Positions 39,241 to 52,044 of a DNA stretch of 64,000 nucleotides are shown here, one piece after another; position 1 is the first letter of the stretch, and each line of letters opens with the position of its first letter. The position numbers and the translations under genes are program-made. The stretch comes from Octopus sinensis (taxonomy: Eukaryota), in the NCBI RefSeq assembly GCF_006345805.1, contig NC_042997.1, positions 190,092,001-190,156,000 of the forward strand. The letters run 5' to 3'. The notes below the pieces were generated by a model. The model saw only the letters and a list, made by a program, of their open reading frames with translations. It was not told the origin of the DNA and searched no databases.

Positions 39241-41199
39241 AATTTGCCAACTGGAATAAAAGTTTTCAATTTGCAGATATTCTGCCATGTTTCTTCTTTC
39301 ACTGTTGATGCACATATCCGTCTTTACAGTCTGAGTTCAAATTCCGCCGCGTTGGACTTTGCTTTTTATCCTTTCAGGGTCGATGAAATAAGTTGACCTC
39401 GGCGGCATTTGAACTTGTGCTGTTGTAAAGAATTTAACTGAATTTTTCTTCCTTTCCTTTTAGATATCACCTGTCCGACAAGTTCTACCTGACACGTCTG
39501 GCAATTAAGAGAATAGAGGCTAGCGAATCCTACATTTAATAGGAGAGAATATATTATGTTCTACATTCTCTCTTGAATGAAAAATAAGACTAGAAGCTTC
39601 TATTTTTGATTGAATTATAAGCAATTAAAATTTGAAGTTTACACACACACAGACACTCATACGCACACACACACACACAGAGGCACGCGCGGATGCACGC
39701 ACGCACGTATATACATACAAACATACACAGCTTGGTTTTTAAACGACAAAACTTGCACTGGAAATGTTCTATATGAAAAGCGTTAAATAACTAATATACC
39801 ATATAAACTAATCATTGAAATAAGATATAAATCTTGAATCGTTTTTTTTTTAATATTTCGTCTTCGAATCAAGCAATGTTGATGAGTGCATAGTTATCCA
39901 GTGCGATGAATCTATGCACTGTTTACAATTCCGGCTTGAAGATATGCCTGACCTCAACATAAATGTGAACAGATGATATTTAAATAATTCTTTGAAGAAT
40001 TATGGATGCAATAAGACCAAAGCATCGTTTTGTTTTACGTATACACCAAGATAATGAATGCTAAACTGACTTCAGATATTTAAAGAAAAATATTAAATTC
40101 TCAACGATACAAATTACTGATTTATTTATCGGCAGTGTTGTCAGAGATGTCAGGCAGACTAGTAACAGTAAATATTTGATAGCGATGGCTTAATATTATC
40201 ATCCCTTTTGTCTTTGCTTCATTTAATGCTGCTATTGAACAACCGTTTTCAGTGACATTATAATTTTACAGCTGTCAATGTCATCAATGGAAGGTCAGCA
40301 TAATGTCTCAATTTCATTGATTTGCACTTGTCGTCACCATCACTACTGACTTTCCATTGACATTAATATTATTGAAACGCAATTTTCATTGACATGGAGA
40401 GTTTACCAGTCTAATGGATACACTTATAAAATCAAATTCTCTTTATGAAAGAAACGACGGCTATCTTGCATTACAGAAATTTACAAATGAATTATATGAA
40501 ATACTATACTACATTATATCGTAGCGTTTATTGAGTTTTTCCAATAAATAATTCCGCACAGAAGTTTACAAAGCTACTTTCTGCTAGATGTACGACGTAA
40601 ACCTATTAGGCTCTTATGTAGATTAACTGCGAAATCTACCGTCGCTGAAAATACTCTAAAGGCCTGTAGTATCAATCGTTCGGCTGCAAATGAAACAAGC
40701 TAATCACATCACTTACCACTCTAGCATGCCATTATTAATATTATCGGGATTTAACAATTTCACGGACAAAGTATTATCTTCTTCTATATAATTTCGCTAT
40801 ATCAAAACAGCAAAGAATATAAGTTGATCAGTTAAAGCATGGTCTAAGTGAAAATGGATATATAGAACTGCTACTGTCGATATATTCTTGATTATTTATT
40901 GTTTAACTGTAGAAAGAAAATCACGCTAAGTAATAACTAGTAAATAATAAGTTATAATAATAATAATAATAAATATTAAGTATGAAAATAAGTAATCTAT
41001 ATTATGCATAAATAATATGTAATCATTACGAATAAGATATTTCTTTTACAGGTAAAATATAATTAAGTATAAATACTCAAATAGCCATCTGTGCGACTAC
41101 ATTCCCTGTTATTATGGTGTATAAGAAGGGCGAACGGTAAACAACCTGGGATATAAACAAACACACACACACGCACACACACACATACATACAAATATA

Positions 41200-41289
<90 letters not shown>

Positions 41290-41290
41290 C

Positions 41291-41508
41291 AAGTAAATGA
41301 AGGGATAAGCAAGTCAAACAGACCAATATATAAAGTATATTAAATATATGAAATACAAAATATGTATAAACTCTTTAATTCTCTATATCATTCGTATTCT
41401 GTATAAGTCAGACCTTTTTGTATGTAAACATATATACATTTTTTGTTTCATATCTTTAATATACTTTGTATTGTGACCTGTCTAACTTGTTTATCCTTAC
41501 ATTTACTT
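41291..41508. repeat. Shorter foldback element related to the 11.5 kb one
   Basis: ~78-bp imperfect inverted arms. Shares ataagcaagt and tatgaaatacaaaatatg with the 11.46-11.53 kb arm. Confidence 0.7.
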
Positions 41509-41610
41509 TTAATTCCGTTCATGTTTAAATCTTTTGAGAACTTCTAAGTGTAATTTTACAGAGAATATCTGATTCTCATCTATGAACTATAGGTATAAAT
41601 AAATAAATAT

Positions 41611-41704
<94 letters not shown>

Positions 41705-41879
41705 GTGTTCGTGTGTGTGTGTGTTATGCACTGGGTAGTTTTGAATAGAAATTCAGAGAGTGAAAAATGACACAACCAAAATTAATGTTATGCGACAAAC
41801 GCTAAACTTCTTTTTTCACGTCCTTTCAGATGTATCGACCGCATCAACAATGCTTATATCTATCACGAGAACTAAAACA

Positions 41880-42400
41880 GAAAGCTGCTTGCTGGCTCCT
41901 ATCCCCCACTCATGTCACACCACACAAAAGCAACAGCACTCATGAGTGAACCGCGGGAACACCGTCCGTTTTCTTCCATGACGAGGACGCCCAATATACA
42001 GATGTTCTGAGAGTTTAAAATACGAGCTAGAGATAGCGTAATATCTGGGAGTCATTTAATTCTTCACAGTTCTGCGGAAACTTTCCGGACATGAACTTCC
42101 CTCAACTCATCACATATGATTTGTACCGTATGTCATCGTCCATCAGACGTCTGTTAGTGAACTTCAACACTTTGTGGTGCTCCACGTTGTTCCTTATCGA
42201 CCCACTGTGGATCTACTGGACGAGCTTGGCTAACCTGAGAACGTTTATCACAGAGAATCTTTCTTTCTTGTAGCTACGGATAACACGTATTCGCAAGAGA
42301 ACTCCAGCCCTTTTCCGACTCTGAACAACAATAACCTGACTGCGTTCAAAACATATCGATCTTCAAGGCGCTATGGTTAGCGGATAAAGCCAAGAGAAAA
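41880..42400 (-). mobile_element. Highly decayed mariner transposase remnant
   Basis: Broken minus-strand motifs (SG*P, NVE...NRRL, IICDEL..RKVSA, FVWCDMSG) occur in the order expected for mariner. Confidence 0.4.
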
Positions 42401-42539
42401 GCATGCCTTTCACTTACTATATCAGATGAAAATTCAGTCACGAATGTGTCAGACAGAGAAATGAAAAAGTTAGTGCGGTATATATAGTGCTAGTGCATGC
42501 ATATACAGCTGTGTGCGTGCACACATACACGTGAGTACT

Positions 42540-42820
42540 GTCCAAATCTACGACCAATCGCATACAGCTAGCTGGCATTCAATTGGCGTATCAAGTTTCG
42601 GGCATTTTGATTGGGTTTTGGATAGAAAATTCACAAAAAAGTCACTTCTATTGATTTTTCAATGGCTTTACGGGGTGACTGGGGAAACGTAAAGATGTGC
42701 ACGACCACCCTTGGACGGTTTTCAATGACCATAGAAAGTGCGAGCCCTCTTACTGAAAAATCGTGGATTTGTATAAAGGACACGCACGCAGACATTTTGC
42801 CGTATATATATAGAGAGATT
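42540..42820 (+). mobile_element. Possible non-autonomous Helitron/Helentron-type fragment
   Basis: Ends acgcagacattttgccgtatatatatagagagat, resembling HINE/DINE-like termini. This is resemblance only. Confidence 0.3.
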
Positions 42821-43963
42821 ACATTAGATCCTCTTTTATTTATGGCCCCTTGTAGTTCAAAAATACCCAGCGAACTGTGTATTTGGCAAAAGCCAACTCT
42901 GTTAGAAAACGCAAAGACTTAGAACGTTTCTAATGATAACGATGATATTCATGTAAGATTGATAACAATTTAATTGTCATATCGAAAAGCATGACATATG
43001 CATATAAGGGATATTAAAAACACGTTTATTTCAATTAATAGAAATGTATATTTTAAGAAATTTCTTTAAAAAGGCGCTTGACATATAGAAAACTACCGAT
43101 GAAATTATAAGCACTTTTTTCAAAATACAGCGACACATAGATAATTGTATGCAAGGAGAAGGCTGTTATTTTATTTGCGTGTAGAAATGTGATTGTTTGA
43201 AATTCATATATTGTTAATGAGATATGCACCCTAAAATGATGAAAGTAGAACAGCAAACCAGATGGTCAATGAAAGTATGGAACGGTGTCTACTCGATCGA
43301 TCCCTTTGTTCGGAATGAAACCTAAATCACGATCAAATCTCACGCTAATTTCTAAAAAGATGGAAGGGCCGATTTGATAATGTAATCCTGGTGAGAATGA
43401 CATTGAACATACATCTATTCAATTAGCACTAACCAAGTTGTAGATTCGGTTAAGCGGGGATTAAACAACAAGTAAAGCAAAATACGAATATATTTTTGAA
43501 ATTAGTGACGTTTCGTCAGAGTGAAGATCAATAAAAACTGGTCCAGTATTGAAGTGTAAATACAATAGATGTGCTCTTGTCTTTGTTGTGCCTGCTAGGC
43601 ATATCGAAAGAAATATCAACGCCTAATAATTCAGTATCTCATTGTTATATATAAGCTGCAGCAGGGAGAAATATTTCAATGGCAACCTCGTTAAAGTGTG
43701 TTTAAGTGATATTGAAGCACGATGTTCTATCTTGCATTTTGCGTGCGAAATATCTGCCGTAAGCAGTTTTCATAGAATAAAAAATATGTATGGCAATCCT
43801 TAAATATTGCTTTGAAAGTAAATTTTTATGATTTGAAATACATTCCAATATTCATACATTAATACATACATTTATATACATATAGATATAATTATAAGTG
43901 TGTTTATATATGTGTATGCAATCACCAGAGCGCACACAAATTCCTGCATACATTCATAAATCC

Positions 43964-44025
<62 letters not shown>

Positions 44026-44436
44026 GCAAATACACAAGATAAGGTAGCTATTGACACAGTTAACTTTTTCGTTCAACATCCCTTATAGCCTTGAAATTTA
44101 CTGAAAGAAACGAAAACTTGTTGGATAGACATTTTGATGCTAGCTTGATTTTTCTGGCGAAATTGACAATCTAAAATGCTATCAGACAAAACTCCTAGTG
44201 AAATAGCAAGGATTAAACCTATTTATATGCTTATGCTTGTTTAAAACGAAATAGATTTCTTACAGCTATAATCGTTTTGCTAATATAAGATGTCGATGAA
44301 TACAAACTTCATTTTGAAATGTGTTGATTGATGCAGTATATGTACGGCATCCATAAAAAAATCTATGAAAATATAAATTGCGGATTGGTATCAGACACAA
44401 AACTTCAGTAGCATATTTTAACGCATTGATACTTAC

Positions 44437-44652
44437 AAGAAGAGTTGCAACTGGGAAGCTTCCGTGTTTCAAAAGATTAATTTGGTCTGTTAAGGGAAGA
44501 CTTCGGAATCCAGGTATTTTCTTGACAAATTTTGCGGACGATTCCAAAAGAGGAAGTATCATATCTTGATATGCAAGGAAGACTTGTTGGAATGTTCCAG
44601 AGTCTAAAGATGTAAGTAGTTCCATATCACCGAGAAAACAAGCTATTTCCTG
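44437..44652 (-). CDS. PPAR: PPAR-like receptor LBD exon (helices 3-5)
   Basis: Tandem acceptor tatttag|CAG|GAA (start 44652 or 44649, phase 0), donor CTT|GTAAGT (phase 0). Encodes the NR signature FVKKIPGFRSLPLTDQINLLKHG. Confidence 0.92.
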
Positions 44653-45180
44653 CTAAATATACAATGTAAAACATAAACAGGTATTTGCAGATAGGTCTTT
44701 AAATGAGTGTAAAACAAAATAAATGCTCATATTTCTTATAGCTTAAACAAAACAATAATGGAAAAATCGCATTATATTAATGTAATAATATAAGAACGTA
44801 TAAATATCATATAAGTACGACAGCTTATTAATGTAGAATAACATTATATTATTGAAAATCTGATATTTGACTGTTGCATTACTGTATCTGTGACATTATA
44901 TATTGGTCCTTCAGGGGTCATAATTTAGATATTACACAATAAATTTTGGCAACATATTAATAGATCTATTATGTTATTTTACGGTTCATACAGCATCATA
45001 ATACTACACGACCGAGATTTTCTATAACTATGATATTATATTTGTTTAATCGACGTCAACTATCACTATTAAATCAGAAGAGTGTTACAATGACACCATA
45101 TTACGGTAAATATTATATCAAACTGGTTGGCCCCGTTCTATCAAAAATGAGAGCTAATTGTAGTATTTTAAAGTTGAAAC

Positions 45181-45525
45181 GCTGCGTGGCACCTTCGGCA
45201 AGTGTTTTCTACTATAACCTCGGTCTTTGTGAGTGGATTTGGTAGACGGAAACTGAAAGAAGCCCGTCGTATATATGTATTTATATGTATATATGTGTGT
45301 GTGTATGTTTGTGTGTCTGTGTTTGTCCCACCAACGTCGTTTGACAACCGATGCTGATGTGTTAAGTCCCAGTAACTTAGCAGTTCGGCAAAAGAGACCG
45401 ACAGAATAAGTACTAGACTTACAAAGAATAAGTCCTGGGGTCGATTTGCTCGACTAAAGGCGGTCCTCCAGCATGGCCGCAGTCAAATGACTGAAACAAG
45501 TAAAAGAGTAAAAAAGTAAAAGAGT
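45181..45525 (+). mobile_element. SINE family A (5'-truncated)
   Basis: Starts at ctgcgtggcacc; body and tail are intact. Confidence 0.88.
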
Positions 45526-47238
45526 ATATATTACTATGGATTTATCCCAACAAATAATCAGAGCGCCCAAAAGTTAATTAAAATAACTAAAAGTATCACT
45601 AATTATAAAATCTTTGTCAAGCTTTCATACTACAAAACATCAGAAGTTGGAGGATATAAAGACACTGCTGTCCAGCGTCAGAACTGTAATATAATCTGGT
45701 TCAGACCACCATTTCTTTTAAATGTGCTAAGTCTAGCAAAACATTTTCTCGCTTTATGAAATAATCATTTATCTGTTAATCATCGTTACAGGAAACGATT
45801 TAGCAGAAATAATTTGAAACAGTTGTATTACTAATGTAAACAACTTAATCGCAAGTATTTCAACAAAGCAGCTGAAGTAAATTGCACATGAAGAAATGTA
45901 AGTTCCTACCGTTCAATTAGACTTGTAGCGTTGAAGCTATCACCCATGGAAAAATATCACCTTCGCTAAATGAATCTAAATACCTTGAGTATAGAAGTTG
46001 AATAGAGACAAGGATCAAATATTCAAACAAAACTTCAAGGACTTAAAAAGGGACAAAGTAAATTTGTTTGATCTTATGTCTAATAATTGAAAAAACTCGA
46101 CAGATCTACGGAAGTTCTACATCAGATAGAAGTAATAGAAAAACGTAGATAATGTGCAGCATAATAAAAAAAAGCCCCCACATATATGAGCATCAGCAAA
46201 ATTTCTGATACATAAGTGCTAGTTCAGAGATTTTCAAGGAATATTTCCTGAGAAGACTTGATGGATTTGTACATAACTGGTGACAAAGAGTATAATACCC
46301 TCGTGTAATATCATCTATTTTATCCGCCTACGAGAAATACCTATCTTAAATAATGATTCCTTCGCTGTTTCAACGTGAGATCTCTTTTACCTTGCTAGTC
46401 ATTGTCACCTCTTGTTTTAAAGTTATATATATATAATTTTATATATATATATATATAATTATATATATATATATATAATTTTTTGTTCGTAATGAGATAA
46501 TAACCAAAGCTGTGTAGATTTTAGAACATTTACAGATAGAAGGTCTTACAGCTATAGATAGAAGGTTGTGTAAATTTTGGGTCTCAATGACACCATTACC
46601 TCTCGTAACCTATATATATATATATATGTTTGTGTGTGTGTGTGTGTGTATAAACACAACCCGCTATCTACATAACAAATAATGAATTATTACCTGACCT
46701 TGATCATAAATGTATTTAACTTGCGTCATTTCAAATCATTTAACTAAAACCTGATTTGAGATATTTCTGTTTAGATGTTCTGTTTTCGCGTCTCGTGAAT
46801 CTTACGGAAACTGTTCCGTAATATAAAGCCCGAAGTTACGAAGTATTACTACTAGAATGTTGTAATATATTTATTTGTAAGGCGATAAGCAGGGAGAATC
46901 GATACCACATTGTACAAAATGCTTAGCGGCATTTCGTCTGTCATTACATTCTGACTTTAAATTCCGTTGCGGTCGACTTTGCCTTTCATCCTCTGGGTCG
47001 AAAGGTAGAAATTGAGTACCACTTGAGCCCTGGGATCGATGTAATCGACTTAACTGCAATCTTTAAAATGTAAATTCATAGAAAAAACTCAGAAAGTTCT
47101 GATTGGCTGCTAGTGAAAATCTAAATTTCTAAACATAATATTTGGGATCTTATGTAGAAAATAAAGTTGAAATATTAGTTTGTACTTATAAAAAGAAATA
47201 TATAACCAACGTGGTAACTGAAGACATCTTTGATCACT

Positions 47239-47545
47239 TGTATGTATGTATGTATGTATGTATGTATGTATGTATGTATGTATGTATGTATGTATGTATG
47301 TATGTATGTACGCATGCATGCATGTATGTATGTACGCATGCATGCATGTATGTATGTACGCATGCATGCAGGTATGTATGTATGTATGTATGTATGTATG
47401 TATGTATGTATGTATGTATGTATGCATGCATGCATGTATGCATGTATGTATGTAGGTATGTATGTATGTGTATGTATGTATGTATGTATGTATGTATGTA
47501 TGTGTATGTATGTATGTATGTATGTGTGTGTATGTATGTATATAC
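47239..47545. repeat. (TATG)n microsatellite with a 24-bp higher-order unit
   Basis: tatgtatgtacgcatgcatgca block occurs three times. Confidence 0.9.
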
Positions 47546-47856
47546 GCAGGTGTGAGTGTACGTCTTTATGTATATCCAAAAATATGTTTACGAGCGTAAT
47601 TATATACATATATATGCATGCATATTTATGCTATATATATATATATTATATATATGTGTGTGTGTGTGTGTGTATGTGTGTGAGTGTGTGTATGCATATA
47701 TGTACATATAGACATATATACGTGTATAAATTTATATCTCTCTATATATTTATGCTCATGAGCGTATTTATATACATGTGTGCTACATATGCTACATATA
47801 TATATATATACATACACACACAGATACACACACACATACACACACACACACACACT

Positions 47857-47888
<32 letters not shown>

Positions 47889-48928
47889 CTTTGTGTGTAA
47901 GCAGAAAATTTTACCCGACCAGCTAGATACAAGAGTGTATACACTTAGTTGGCTGCTTACATTCAAGAGCTCAATTGCTATCAACTAATTTGCGAATATC
48001 ATTTATGTTGTACTTGACATTAATTAGACATTCATAATTAGACAATTGATCAATCATTTCCTACGTTACACTAATCCTGTTCGTATGTAATATCTAATGT
48101 TATGATTACGCGGGTGTACGACACCAGCCATATACAAAAGCGTATTTGAAATTTTAATCTAATGTATTGAAAAGAATCGTTGAAGTTAAAAAAAACACAA
48201 ACATAACCAAAAGTTAGTTGAAATAAAAATAAAAGCATCTCATTCTCGGTTTGCTTAAAATATTTAGAGAAATATTGTTTACTCTCAAATTATGATTAAG
48301 AGAAAGATTCTTTATTCCAAATTGAAAAATAAATTTTAAGTACAAGAAGCAATTTAAGGTATTCTTATCTATTGAATACATACTTATGATACTTAAATTC
48401 AAAATACCCAGTAGGTTTATTGTGCATATTTTTAAATAACAATCTTCTTTTTCCAACACAATAGCCACAAAAGACAGTTCAAATAAACACAAAGCCTGAT
48501 TCTGAACGTTAATGGAACTTCTTATTAACATAAAAACTAATTGAAACTCAATTAAACAAATTATGCGTAAAAGCCGATCTTTAATTACATACGAGCACGA
48601 ATAGATCAATGTGTATGTATACTCAAAATATTTGCTTTTATTTCATACTGATAAACACACATGCGATCGTATATAGTCATACACTCACACATGTATATAT
48701 ATATATAAAGGTATTGTCATATTGTTATGTAACACATATATAACCATACATATTCATATATGTGAGTATATGTATGTACACACAGATATATATATATGGT
48801 CTCATAGATAATTAGTCTGTAAATACCCCTAAATTACAAATAGATGCATGTATGCATGCACCATATGACAGATAACAATGTGTATAGAAACAACCATATA
48901 TACACGCAAATATGTGTGTGTCTATGTA

Positions 48929-48970
<42 letters not shown>

Positions 48971-49176
48971 AGCGCGTGAGTGAGAGACAGATATAAAGAC
49001 AGAGTGTGTGTCTGCGTGCGTGTGAGTGATTTGCCTCCTTTTTTCAATTTGCATTGTAATAGTATGTAAACAATTTAAACTTTAAATGCTTCACTGAAAG
49101 AAAGCAAATACATCTGTATGCATGCATTTACACACACACACACCTCTGCACGTACAAATAAGAAAATATATATGTA

Positions 49177-49218
<42 letters not shown>

Positions 49219-49222
49219 ATAT

Positions 49223-49672
49223 CTTTACTCTTTTTACTCTTTAAATTGTTTCAGTCATTTGTCTGCGGCCGTGCTGGAGCACCGCCTTTAGTCGAGCAAA
49301 TCCACCCCAGGACTTATTCTTTGTAAGCCTAGTACTTATTCTGTCGGTCTCTTTTGCCGAACCGCTATGTTACGTGGACGTAAGCACACCACCATCAGTT
49401 GTCAAACGATGTTGGGGGACTAACACAGACACACAAACATATACTCACACACACACACAGACACTCACGCACACACACACATATATATATAAACATATGT
49501 ATATATATATACATATATACGACGGGCTTCTTTCAGTTTCCGTCTACCAAATCCACACAAAAGGCCTTGGTCGGGCCGAGGCTATAGTAGAAGACACTTA
49601 CCTAAGGTGCCACTCAGTGTGACTGAACCCGGATCCATGTGGTTGGTAAGCAAGCTACTTACCACACAGCTA
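49223..49672 (-). mobile_element. SINE family A
   Basis: Reverse-complement full copy. Confidence 0.88.
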
Positions 49673-50644
49673 ATCCACACACATACTAAAAATGAACTAT
49701 TGTAAATAACTAATTGGGCCAACGCCAAGTATTGATATCATTCAAGTCTTGGTGTGCTGAATAATGGATATGAAGGAATTTTAATTAATTGGAATTTGGC
49801 TTCTAATTGGTCAAAAGAAAATATAAGACAGGCAGTTACTTATCATTGTCAGGTTGCTGCAAACAGAATTCGGGTTGTCTTTAAACGCGAAAATTAATTT
49901 TATTGGGAAACTAACTTTTAATTTCTAGAAGTTTTTATCATATATTTTCTGTTCTTATCTAAAAAATCAGATTTTATCCGTTTGTCATTCAGTATCTCGA
50001 CACAAGCCTGAACTAAGAAAATCCATTATACTGGAATAATTAACTCATTTTTCTATGTTTTTTTAAAAAATATAATAATGTGTATTACGCTCTACTTTGT
50101 TTTATTTGAAGTTTTTAAATTTTAGTTATACCGCATTAAAGCACGTGGTATAACTAAAATAATAAAAAAATTCTTCGTAAAGCATGTTCAGCTTATATTA
50201 TTCTATGACCACTGGTAACAGCCACGTTTTACAAGCCAATGTGTCGCTGATATTAAATAATACAGAAATGGGACCGATGTTGACAAATCCTCCCTTCGAA
50301 TACAAACATTTTGAAGAGGGAGTTTTTACTCGAAATTATTTCATTTTTTTATTTTCTCTAGTAATTGTCATTAAGTATCTGTCTTTTCCAAATAACAGGC
50401 AAAATTTAATAAGGAATAGAAGGACAGCCGACAACTAATGAAGTGTTGTTTTTTATGTTACTTGTTTTGTTTTCCATTTGGTTCTCTCGTTCTTTGTGGA
50501 CCCAACGTTATTTTCGTATTTCATGTTGTTTACGTTTTGTAACGTCTTGTACTCATATATGCATACCTATATACATACATATGCATGCATCTACATATAT
50601 GTGTGTATATATGCATATGTATCTATCTATCTATATATATATAT

Positions 50645-50915
50645 AGGTTATAAGAGGTAATGGTATCATTGAAAACCAAAGGTGTCAGATAATGCTGAAT
50701 AAGTGCTATAGACAGACCATATTTAAGTTCCAGGTTCGGTGATTTTGCGAATAAGGGGTTCAACGTTGGTTTTATGTCAGCCTGTGTATACAAGCATTTT
50801 ATGCGTAATGAGATAAAAAACCAAGGCTGTGTAGATATTAGAACATTTATAGATAGATATTAGAACAAATGTTCTAATATCCTCACAGCCTTGGTTTTTT
50901 ATCTCATTACGCAAA
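50645..50915. mobile_element. Penelope-like terminal fragment with ~47-bp inverted repeat; related copy at 46485-46612
   Basis: tgcgtaatgagataaaaaaccaaggctgtgtagatattagaacattt is followed by its near reverse complement. Both end blocks recur, rearranged, at 46.5 kb. The superfamily call is inference. Confidence 0.45.
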
Positions 50916-50937
50916 AAATTCTTACATGCATACACAC

Positions 50938-50968
<31 letters not shown>

Positions 50969-50980
50969 AGTGTGTGTGTG

Positions 50981-51012
<32 letters not shown>

Positions 51013-51973
51013 GTATTAGTATCTCGTCAGAAGATACAACCAGGAAGAAGAGTAGATTCAAAATGACAAGACAAGAGCGTGTGACCTACTTCTAACATAA
51101 ATATTATTTATTGGTTTACCGGTCTCCCCATAACGTAATTTACCTCTCCATAACGTAACATAAGAAAACACGCCATTCTATCGTGTGTTGAAATATGAAG
51201 CTATTGAATTGACTTAGTTATCTACTCCCTTTCAATATATTCCTCATTGTCTATTGAACATGTCACGTGTTTATGTACATTCTTTGTTTTACCAGCTTCA
51301 TTCATCGCTTACTAACGTTTTCTCGTACTCTTTTACACTTCAGTATGCAGTGGTACATTCCTTCATGAATGTGATTGATAGGTGGAATTTCTTAATCAAA
51401 TTTAACGAAAATACGCTCGCAAATGATTGCGTTGTGCACACATATTACCACAGACATACGCACGACTGCAGATGTCTATATAGACATGTACGTATGGATT
51501 TATGTGTGTTTGTGCAGGTAATGCTGTATGTATGTGTATAAGTATGTGTGCATGTACGACGTATGTATGTATATATGTATGTACGGATGGATGTGTGCTA
51601 TGTGTGCATGTATGATATATGTATAATGTAGGTATGTAAGACGTATATATGCATGTATGTATATATGTAAGCATATATGTAGGTACGGAGTGTTTGTCTA
51701 GTTTTTTTCGTCTGTTTTTCTTTTGTATTGGTTTTTTTTTTGTAAATATACCGTGAAGCTTTCTATGAATAACTTGTTCTGTGTCTTTTGTTTTCATTTA
51801 AAAAATTTTTCTTGGGTGGGGGGGGAATGAATGTTGAGAAGAATCAGTAGTCAAAGAATCGAAATCAAAGAATGAAAGCTAAAACTACTACTACTACTAC
51901 TACTACTTCTATTATTACTACTACCACTACTACTACTGCTGCTGCTGGTGCTGCTAGTATTAGTAGTAGTAGT

Positions 51974-52044
<71 letters not shown>

